DNA from: Candidatus Omnitrophota bacterium
GTDB taxonomy: Bacteria > Omnitrophota > Gorgyraeia > Gygaellales > Profunditerraquicolaceae
Assembly (NCBI GenBank): GCA_023227985.1
Contig: JALOCB010000007.1
Location: forward strand, 399 to 64,398
Direction of reading: 5' to 3'
Length of the DNA: 64,000 nt
Part shown: piece by piece, positions 54,623-64,000 of the stretch
Layout: each line of letters opens with the position of its first letter
Position numbering within the stretch: position 1 is the first letter of the stretch
The notes under the pieces: model-generated
Database searches by the model: none
Seen by the model: only the letters and a program-made list of their open reading frames with translations
What the model was told of the DNA's origin: nothing
Made by a program: the position numbers and the translations under genes

Positions 54623-55813
54623 ATGCGCGCAAATTTATTAATCAGCTGGCGGTATTTAATCACCAAAAGAAAAGAGAAATTCTTATCTTTGATAAGTATC
54701 ATCTCTATCTTGGGCATCGCCATAGGCGTAATGGCCTTGATCGTGGTGATCGGGGTAATGTCCGGTTTTGACAAGGACCTGCGCGACCGGATAATCGGCA
54801 ACTACGCGCATATCACTGTCTCTTCATACCGGCCGATGGATTACGCGGATTTTGAATCTATCGCGGAGAAGTTAAAAGCCGAGCCGCATATCCGCGGCCT
54901 GAGCCCTTATTTGCAGGGGCAGGTCCTGATCGAAGAGAACAATAAATTCATGGCCCTGGGGATCAAGGGGATCGACCCCGCGAAAGAAAAAAAGGTCACC
55001 CGGCTGGAAAGATACATGGTCAAGGGATCACTGGCCGGGCTTAAGGAAGACACGGTCATAATCGGCAAGGAGCTGGCTTTATACCTCGGGCTTGTTCCCG
55101 GCTCGGAGTTGAATATTTATTCGCCGTTAGGCAAGCAGTATAAATTAACGGTCTCCGGGGTTTTTAATTCCGGGATGTATGATTACGACCTGAACCTTAT
55201 CATCGTAGGCCTGGCGACAACTCAAAAGATATTGGGCGCCCAAAACCAGATCAGCGCCATAGCTGTCAAACTGGACGATCTTTATCTGGCTGATAAGCTG
55301 AAAAAACGCATTGCCGGCCTGGTGGGGTATGATTACAGCCTGAAGACCTGGATGGAGGCGAACCAGAATTTCTTCGCGGCGCTTAAGCTGGAGAAATTGA
55401 CCATGTTCATTATCCTGACCTTGATCATCCTGGTGGCCTCTTTCAATATCATCAGCACCCTGGTTGTGCTGGTTGTGGAAAAGACCAAGGATATCGGGGT
55501 CCTCAAGAGCATAGGTATGAGCGAGTCCAACATACGCAAGATATTCACATATGAAGGTCTGATCATCGGTTCGTTAGGCACTGTTATCGGCACTTTGGGA
55601 GGGCTGGTTATTTGCGGCCTGCTGAAGAAATACCAGTTCATTAAATTGCCGCAGGATATATATTATATAGATAGCCTGCCGGTGGCTTTGGAGATCTGGC
55701 CGGACCTGATCCTGATATCCGCGGCAGCGATGGGCATTACCATGCTGGCGACCATTTATCCGGCTTTAAAGGCCAGCCAGATGAAGCCGGTAGAGGCATT
55801 ACGCTACGAATAA
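54623..55813 (+). CDS. lolC: Lipoprotein-releasing system permease (LolC/LolE, FtsX-like)
   Basis: MacB/FtsX-type topology with a periplasmic domain. It is followed by lolD with a 1-nt overlap. Confidence 0.8.
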   Translation: MRANLLISWRYLITKRKEKFLSLISIISILGIAIGVMALIVVIGVMSGFDKDLRDRIIGNYAHITVSSYRPMDYADFESIAEKLKAEPHIRGLSPYLQGQVLIEENNKFMALGIKGIDPAKEKKVTRLERYMVKGSLAGLKEDTVIIGKELALYLGLVPGSELNIYSPLGKQYKLTVSGVFNSGMYDYDLNLIIVGLATTQKILGAQNQISAIAVKLDDLYLADKLKKRIAGLVGYDYSLKTWMEANQNFFAALKLEKLTMFIILTLIILVASFNIISTLVVLVVEKTKDIGVLKSIGMSESNIRKIFTYEGLIIGSLGTVIGTLGGLVICGLLKKYQFIKLPQDIYYIDSLPVALEIWPDLILISAAAMGITMLATIYPALKASQMKPVEALRYE

Positions 55814-56487
55814 TGATAGAGGCGATAAACATACATAAGGGTTATACGAACGCCGGCAAGGAGCTTAACGTATTGAGAGGGTTAAGCCTGAAGATAGAAA
55901 AAGGCGGATTTACCGCGCTGGTCGGGCCTTCGGGAGCGGGAAAATCCACGCTTTTGCATATATTGGGCGGTTTGGACGAGCCGACCCGGGGCAAAGTTGT
56001 TTTTAACGGCGAGGATATTTACCGGCTTAATGATCAGGCTCTTTCCCGGATAAGGAATAAACAGATCGGTTTTGTTTTTCAGTTCTATAACCTGCTTTCG
56101 GAATTCACGGTATTGGAAAACGTGATGATGCCGGCTTTGATCGGTTGCGTGAACAAGGCCCAACAGGCGGCTGCGCAGAGTAAGGCCTTAGAGCTTTTGG
56201 GTAGGATGGGATTGGCGCAAAGGATAGGGCATTTCCCTTCGGAGCTTTCCGGAGGCGAGAAACAAAGGGTGGCCATCGCCCGAGCGCTCATAAACGATCC
56301 CGGGCTGCTTTTATGCGATGAGCCGACAGGCAACCTTGATTCCCGTACCGGCGAAGAGATACTCGCGTTGATCAGGAAGGTAAGCGGGGAAAATAAGATG
56401 ACCGTGGTTATGGTAACCCATAACCAGGAGTTAGCCGCGACCGCCCAGCGGGTGTATCATTTGAAAGACGGGATATTGGCGAATTGA
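55813..56487 (+). CDS. lolD: Lipoprotein-releasing system ATPase
   Basis: Walker A (GPSGAGKST), LSGGEKQRVAIARAL and Walker B (LLCDEPTGNLD). Confidence 0.85.
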   Translation: MIEAINIHKGYTNAGKELNVLRGLSLKIEKGGFTALVGPSGAGKSTLLHILGGLDEPTRGKVVFNGEDIYRLNDQALSRIRNKQIGFVFQFYNLLSEFTVLENVMMPALIGCVNKAQQAAAQSKALELLGRMGLAQRIGHFPSELSGGEKQRVAIARALINDPGLLLCDEPTGNLDSRTGEEILALIRKVSGENKMTVVMVTHNQELAATAQRVYHLKDGILAN

Positions 56488-56532
56488 TATAATTAACGCT
56501 TGTTTTTTCGAGCGCACTATTACGGAGGAGAG

Positions 56533-57402
56533 ATGAAGATATATATCAACGGTAAATTCTACGATAAAGAAAACGCCAAGATATCGGTTTTTGACCACGG
56601 GCTTTTATACGGCGACGGTGTATTTGAGGGCATCCGGGCATATGACCGGCTGGTCTTTAAACTAAAAGAGCATATCGTGCGGTTGTATGAATCCGCGCAT
56701 TCGATAATGCTCAAGATCAATATTACCCAGGAACAGATGATCAAGGCCGTCGTCCAGACCCTAAAAGCAAATAATCTGGATAACGCCTATATCCGTCTGA
56801 TAGTGACCAGAGGTGCGGGCGATCTTGGGCTTGACCCGCGTAAATGCAACGGCAACAGCACGGTTATTATTATCGCCGATAAGATCGCGCTTTATCCGGA
56901 AAAATTGTATAAAGAGGGGATGGAGATCATTACCGTGCCTACTGTGCGCAATATGCCGGAGATGGTCAACCCTCAGATAAAGTCGCTGAATTACCTGAAT
57001 AATATCCTGGCCAAGATCGAGGCGTTGAACTGCGGTTATGATGAAGCGATAATGATGGATTCGCTGGGTTATGTCGCGGAATGCACAGGGGACAATATCT
57101 TTATCGTCAAGAACAGCGAACTGTACACCCCGCCGCAGTGCATGGGGACTTTAAGAGGTATTACCCGCGACGCGGTGTTGGAGATCGCTTCCCGGGCAAA
57201 GATCCCGGTGCATGAGCATGTCCTTACCCGGCATGAGGTTTATATAGCCGATGAAAGTTTCCTTACCGGCACCGCCGCGGAGGTCATTCCCGTGGTCAAG
57301 GTGGACGGCCGGATGATAGGCAAGGCCAAGCCCGGCAAGGTTACCCTGGAATTAATGAGGCTGTTCAAGAAGATGACCCAAAAATACGGAGTGAAGTATT
57401 GA
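56533..57402 (+). CDS. ilvE: Class IV aminotransferase (branched-chain amino acid / D-amino acid aminotransferase-like)
   Basis: FDHGLLYGDGVFEGIRAY and the PLP-fold class IV signature. Start at MKIYING after GGAGGAG. Confidence 0.75.
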   Translation: MKIYINGKFYDKENAKISVFDHGLLYGDGVFEGIRAYDRLVFKLKEHIVRLYESAHSIMLKINITQEQMIKAVVQTLKANNLDNAYIRLIVTRGAGDLGLDPRKCNGNSTVIIIADKIALYPEKLYKEGMEIITVPTVRNMPEMVNPQIKSLNYLNNILAKIEALNCGYDEAIMMDSLGYVAECTGDNIFIVKNSELYTPPQCMGTLRGITRDAVLEIASRAKIPVHEHVLTRHEVYIADESFLTGTAAEVIPVVKVDGRMIGKAKPGKVTLELMRLFKKMTQKYGVKY

Positions 57403-57923
57403 TGTTGTGCGACAACTGCAAGAAAAATCCGGCTACAGTGCATCTGACTGAGATAGTCGATGAGCAAATGACCGAGTTGCATCTGTGCGAGGAATGCGCC
57501 AAGAAGAAGAGCAGCCAGATGGAACAGCAGTTCGGGCTCTCCGATCTTTTGGCCGGATTGGCGGATTTCGAAAAGCCGGTAGAAGATAAAGAGGCCGTGT
57601 CTATCCAGTGTCCTAACTGCGGGCTTACGTACAAGGATTTCAAGAAGATAGGCAGGTTGGGCTGCAGCGAATGTTACGACACGTTCAAGAAATTCCTTTC
57701 GCCTCTTTTGAAGAGGATACACGGCTCAAGCGCTCATTGCGGCAAATGCCCGGTCAAGGCCGGCAAGCCTTCGAAGAAGGAGCTTGACCTGGTGGACCTG
57801 CGTTTAAGGCTGCAGAAGGCGGTTGAGGCTGAAGAATATGAGGAAGCGGCGAAACTGCGCGACCGTATAAAACAGATCCAGGATAAAAAGGCGCAAGCCG
57901 AAGATAAAGGGCTTGAAAGTTAA
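57402..57923 (+). CDS. mcsA: McsA-like protein-arginine kinase activator (zinc fingers plus UVR domain)
   Basis: CDNCKK...CEEC and CPNC...CSEC zinc fingers, plus a C-terminal UVR (LRLRLQKAVEAEEYEEAAKLRDRI). Confidence 0.8.
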   Translation: MLCDNCKKNPATVHLTEIVDEQMTELHLCEECAKKKSSQMEQQFGLSDLLAGLADFEKPVEDKEAVSIQCPNCGLTYKDFKKIGRLGCSECYDTFKKFLSPLLKRIHGSSAHCGKCPVKAGKPSKKELDLVDLRLRLQKAVEAEEYEEAAKLRDRIKQIQDKKAQAEDKGLES

Positions 57924-57924
57924 T

Positions 57925-58977
57925 ATGGTGCTTAACGACCTGTTAAATCATACCAGCGAGTGGCTTAAAGGGACGGGGCCTAACTCCGATATTGTTATTT
58001 CCAGCCGGATCCGTTTTGCCCGCAACCTGGATAAAACGCCTTTTCCCCACTGGGCCGATAAGAAACAGTCTAAGAATGTCCTGGATACGGTAGTAAAAGG
58101 CGCTGGCGAATGCGATTATCTTAAGCGCACCACTGTTTTTGAACTGGTTGATATGGATAACGTGGATAAGCAATTCCTGATCGAACGCCACCTGATGTCC
58201 TATGAACATGCGCAGAAGAACGAGTCCAAGGCGGTAATAATAGATGACGAGGAGATAATTGCGTTGATGGTCAATGAAGAAGACCATTTAAGGCTGCAGG
58301 TTATGCAGTCCGGTTTCAACCTTTATGAATGCTGGAATATCATAAACAGCATAGACGACAGCCTCTCTAAGAAGTTATCTTACGCCTTTCAGCCTGATTG
58401 GGGGTATTTGACCGCCTGTCCGACCAATACCGGAACAGGCATGCGCGGATCGGTGATGCTGCATCTTCCCGCGCTGGTGATGGCCAGGCAGATAAATCAG
58501 GTGCTGGCGGCCATATCCAAGCTTAGTTTTACCGCCCGGGGTTTATACGGGGAAGGCACCCAGGCGATGGGCAACTTTTTTCAGGTTTCCAACCAGGTAT
58601 CTTTGGGGCACAGCGAAACCGAGATAATTGAGAATATAAACAGCCTGATCCGCCAGATCATCGAGCAGGAAAATCAGGCCAGGGATGTCATACTTAATCA
58701 GAATAAGGCGCTGTTGGAAGATAAGATCAACCGCAGCTACGGCATCCTGAAGAGCGCGCACATAATCACCAGCCAGGAGACCACTGATTTGATGTCCCTG
58801 GTCAGGTTGGGCTGCGATATGGGCATTATAAGGGATATAGACCGCAGGACGGTAAATGAGTTGTTCATTATTACCCAGCCCGCGCATTTACAGAAGATAG
58901 AGGGGAAAAAACTTTCCGCGCAGGAAAGGGATTTGAAGAGGGCGGAACTTATCCGCAACCGGCTGAATAAGTCATAA
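57925..58977 (+). CDS. mcsB: Protein arginine kinase McsB (guanidino kinase fold)
   Basis: The N-terminus aligns to B. subtilis McsB (SDIVISSRIRFARNL). Phosphagen-kinase motif CPTNTGTGMR. Confidence 0.85.
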   Translation: MVLNDLLNHTSEWLKGTGPNSDIVISSRIRFARNLDKTPFPHWADKKQSKNVLDTVVKGAGECDYLKRTTVFELVDMDNVDKQFLIERHLMSYEHAQKNESKAVIIDDEEIIALMVNEEDHLRLQVMQSGFNLYECWNIINSIDDSLSKKLSYAFQPDWGYLTACPTNTGTGMRGSVMLHLPALVMARQINQVLAAISKLSFTARGLYGEGTQAMGNFFQVSNQVSLGHSETEIIENINSLIRQIIEQENQARDVILNQNKALLEDKINRSYGILKSAHIITSQETTDLMSLVRLGCDMGIIRDIDRRTVNELFIITQPAHLQKIEGKKLSAQERDLKRAELIRNRLNKS

Positions 58978-59008
58978 TAATAACCATTCAATAACAAGGG
59001 GTAGAGCA

Positions 59009-61422
<2,414 letters not shown>

Positions 61423-61426
<4 letters not shown>

Positions 61427-62208
61427 TAAATAGAATAATAGACAGAACGTCTGCCCGGCTGGAAGAGTTCCTTTATTTCCTGGGCGGTATGGCGAAATTG
61501 ATCTCCCAGACTTTTGTCTGGACATTCATTCCGCCTTACAGTCGGAAGCGCATATTCGAGCAGGCCAAGAAAGCCGGGTTGGATAGTTTGCCGATAATCG
61601 GGCTGATCTCGTTCTTTTTGGGGGTTATCTTTGCTTTCCAGATATCCTATTTGATGCGCAGGCTGGGCTCGGAATTGTACATCGCCAGCATTGTTTCTCT
61701 GGCTATTGTCCGGGAGCTCGGACCGGTAATAACCAGCCTGGTAGTGGCCGGCAGGGTAGGGGCAGCGATCACCGCGGAGATCGGCTCTATGCAGGTCACC
61801 GAACAGGTCGACGCCTTGGAGACTCTGGCCGCGAATCCGGTAAAATACCTGGTAGTGCCGCGTTTCATAGCGCTGACCCTGATGCTGCCGATATTGACCC
61901 TTTTCGCGGATGTCATCGGGATCTTCGGCGGATGGCTTATCTGCGTGGCCAAGTTGGGCATATCTTCGCAGATGTACCTGAATATCACTATCGACGCTTT
62001 GATGTTCAAGGATATATTCACCGGTCTGGCCAAGACGATATTCTTCGGGATGATCATCGCCTTTGTCAGCTGTTATGAGGGGTTTAACGTTAAAGGCGGG
62101 GCTGAGGGCGTGGGTAAGGCTACCACGCAGTCAGTGGTTGTTTCTTTTATACTGATCATCGCCTGCGACTGTTTCTTTACCGCGCTGTTCTATTTTATTT
62201 TTCCTTAA
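61423..62208 (+). CDS. mlaE: Mla-type ABC transporter permease
   Basis: MlaE/TTG2B-family polytopic permease. Overlaps the clpC stop. Confidence 0.8.
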
Positions 62209-62210
62209 AA

Positions 62211-62966
62211 ATGGTTGAAATCCAGGGTTTGTATAAATCGTTTAATTCGCATCAGGTGCTCAACGACTTGAATCTTTTTATCAAGAAAGGCACGACGCTG
62301 GTAGTTATCGGCCGCTCCGGATGCGGTAAGAGCGTTATGCTCAAGCATATGATCGGGGTTTTAAGGCCGGATAGCGGGCGGGTATTCGTTGACGGGCAGA
62401 ATATCTGGGATCTTAAGCGCCGGGATATGGAGCGGTTGAGGAAACGGATGAATATGGTCTTTCAGGGCGGGGCATTGTTCGATTCTTTGACCGTGGGCGA
62501 GAACGTGGGATTCGAGCTGATTGAAGAAGGCAGGCTGGGCGAGGCTGAACTTAGGCGTCGGGTCAAAGAGTCTCTGGGAATGGTTGATCTTTCCGGGATC
62601 GAAGGCCTTATGCCTTCGGAATTAAGCGGCGGAATGCGCAAGCGCGTGTCCCTGGCCCGGGCGATCTGCACTAAACCCGAGCTTTTGCTTTACGATGAGC
62701 CCACTACCGGGGTTGATCCGATCACCGCGGACAGCATCAACGAATTGATCCGCAGTCTTCATGATAAATTAAATGTTACTTCCATAGTGGTCACCCACGA
62801 TATGAAAAGCGCTTATAAGATAGCGGACCGGATCGCCATGCTTTATCAGGGCAGGATCATCGCCGAAGGGACACCTTCGCAGATCCAGAATACCGATAAC
62901 CCGGTAGTCAGCCAGTTCATCAACGGTTTGGCCCGCGGGCCGATAACTGAATCCACCGACAATTAA
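62211..62966 (+). CDS. mlaF: Mla-type ABC transporter ATPase
   Basis: Walker A (GRSGCGKS), LSGGMRKRVSLARA and Walker B (LLYDEPTTGVD). Confidence 0.85.
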   Translation: MVEIQGLYKSFNSHQVLNDLNLFIKKGTTLVVIGRSGCGKSVMLKHMIGVLRPDSGRVFVDGQNIWDLKRRDMERLRKRMNMVFQGGALFDSLTVGENVGFELIEEGRLGEAELRRRVKESLGMVDLSGIEGLMPSELSGGMRKRVSLARAICTKPELLLYDEPTTGVDPITADSINELIRSLHDKLNVTSIVVTHDMKSAYKIADRIAMLYQGRIIAEGTPSQIQNTDNPVVSQFINGLARGPITESTDN

Positions 62967-62984
62967 TATAAACGGAGGTTTGCA

Positions 62985-63689
62985 ATGACATTCGGGGCCA
63001 GCAAATTAGAATTAAAAGTAGGGGCGTTTGTTTTTATCGGCTTGATCGTGCTTTCTGTTTTTGTGTTATTGGTGGGGGATTTCAAGACTATGCTTTCAAC
63101 CCAAAAGATAAATTTCGTTTTTAATTTCATAAACGGGGTGAAGAACGGCGCGCCTATCAGGTACGCCGGCGTAGATATCGGCGAGGTAAAGAAGATAGGC
63201 CTTTTCTATTCCCCGGAAGAAAAGAAGGAGAAGGTCGTGGTGTCCGGAGTGGTTAAGAAAGGCGTGCGTATCCCGGTGGATTCGAGCATCTGGGTCAATA
63301 CCCTTGGCCTTCTGGGAGAGAAATATATCGATATTATGCCCGGCAAGGATTATGATAATTTCATCAAAGAAGGGCAGACATTGGCGGGGATCGATCCGTT
63401 CGCCATGCATGAGTTTGGCGAATTGGCTAAAAATATCGCCAAGAAGCTTGATGACAGCATCGTAGAGGTGCAGGAGTTGGCAGGCTCGGTCAGCTCGTTG
63501 GCCAGGAACCTTGATGACGGCATTTCCAAGGTCAAGAACGCCGAAGGGACGATCGGAAAGCTGCTGTACGACGATTCACTGTACAATGACCTGAGCGATA
63601 TGGTCGCGGATATCAAGAGGAATCCCTGGAAATTGTTCTGGAAGAGCAAGGAAAAGCCGGCGCCGAAGAAGGAACCCGTTAAGAAATAA
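62985..63689 (+). CDS. mlaD: MCE-domain substrate-binding protein
   Basis: An N-terminal TM helix then the MCE domain (GAPIRYAGVDIGEVKKI). 234 aa. Confidence 0.75.
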   Translation: MTFGASKLELKVGAFVFIGLIVLSVFVLLVGDFKTMLSTQKINFVFNFINGVKNGAPIRYAGVDIGEVKKIGLFYSPEEKKEKVVVSGVVKKGVRIPVDSSIWVNTLGLLGEKYIDIMPGKDYDNFIKEGQTLAGIDPFAMHEFGELAKNIAKKLDDSIVEVQELAGSVSSLARNLDDGISKVKNAEGTIGKLLYDDSLYNDLSDMVADIKRNPWKLFWKSKEKPAPKKEPVKK

Positions 63690-63711
63690 AACGTATTTTT
63701 AAGGGTAAGGA

Positions 63712-64000
63712 ATGAAGATAAAATCAGTATTCAGTTGCCAGAATTGCGGGTGCCAGTCGGCAAAATGGCTGGGGAAATGCCCGGATTGCAATAGCTGGAA
63801 TTCATTTGTCGAAGAGGACTACGCCGAAACTTCCTCTAAGCCCAAAGAGAGGAGCGCGTTATATAAAGATTCGCCGGTCCTCTTAAAAGATATCCGGATA
63901 AAAGACGCCAACCGCATACCTACGGATATAGGCGAATTGGACCGTGTGTTAGGCGGAGGGATTGTGCTGGGTTCGGTGGTATTGGTTGGAGGAGATCCGG
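63712..64000 (+). CDS. radA: DNA repair protein RadA/Sms, 5' fragment (continues past the window end)
   Basis: An N-terminal C4 zinc finger (CQNCGCQSAKWLGKCPDCNSW), then ...IPTDIGELDRVLGGGIVLGSVVLVGGDP leading into Walker A. Confidence 0.8.
   Translation, partial: MKIKSVFSCQNCGCQSAKWLGKCPDCNSWNSFVEEDYAETSSKPKERSALYKDSPVLLKDIRIKDANRIPTDIGELDRVLGGGIVLGSVVLVGGDP

Noticed and set aside
54590-54625. When hand-translating the displayed bases at the lysS stop and lolC start, my count was off by one nucleotide relative to the ORF track.
   Set aside because: This is almost certainly a hand-counting or reading error on my part. The track coordinates are internally consistent (lengths divisible by 3, proteins sensible), so I used them and make no frameshift claim.

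Overview
This 64-kb window is gene-dense, mostly + strand, and appears to come from an anaerobic diderm bacterium. Diderm markers present are LolCD, MlaEFD and a type IV pilin. I found no rRNA, tRNA or CRISPR array.

Contents in order:
(1) A partial Glu-rich ORF, an excisionase-like HTH protein and a pilin.
(2) A ~10-kb chemotaxis operon with translationally coupled genes: cheC-cheA-cheC-[713-aa FtsA-like ATPase with a novel C-terminal repeat domain]-repeat cluster-comFB-cheR-cheY-cheD-cheB-cheC-cheW.
(3) A ~13-kb siroheme-dependent (Ahb-type) heme biosynthesis operon: precorrin-2 dehydrogenase/ferrochelatase, hemX/ccsA-like, hemA, hemC, cobA-hemD fusion, a radical SAM gene (AhbC-like), hemB, a 0.5-kb non-coding gap, a radical SAM/SPASM gene (AhbD-like), fused ahbAB, two PilZ genes, hemL, and ccsB-ccsA (system II cytochrome c biogenesis).
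(4) A nickel island: nikR, a porin-like outer-membrane protein, the NikMN-Q-O ECF transporter, larE, larB and a cupin.
(5) glgC, a stand-alone receiver, and a cluster of secreted or lipoprotein hypotheticals.
(6) On the - strand, cstA and hypE-hypD-hypC-hypF.
(7) A periplasmic [NiFe] hydrogenase small/large subunit pair, its maturation protease, a HypA N-domain-only protein, tatA-tatC-tatA2, a tetraheme cytochrome c and a heme-motif MCP, plus a reverse-strand PilZ.
(8) Housekeeping genes: hldD, truB, lysS, lolC/lolD, a class IV aminotransferase, mcsA-mcsB-clpC, mlaE/F/D and a 5' fragment of radA.

Three dispersed palindromic repeat families sit in the few intergenic gaps. One shows compensatory stem changes, one carries a 39-bp perfect palindrome, and one is an 18-nt element at the ends of nickel-related genes.

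The main candidates for something novel are the FtsA-like/beta-grasp-repeat protein inside the che operon, the covarying hairpin repeats, the non-coding gap inside the heme operon, and a terminator-containing leader upstream of the hydrogenase.

All functional calls rest on motif recognition by eye. No searches were run.
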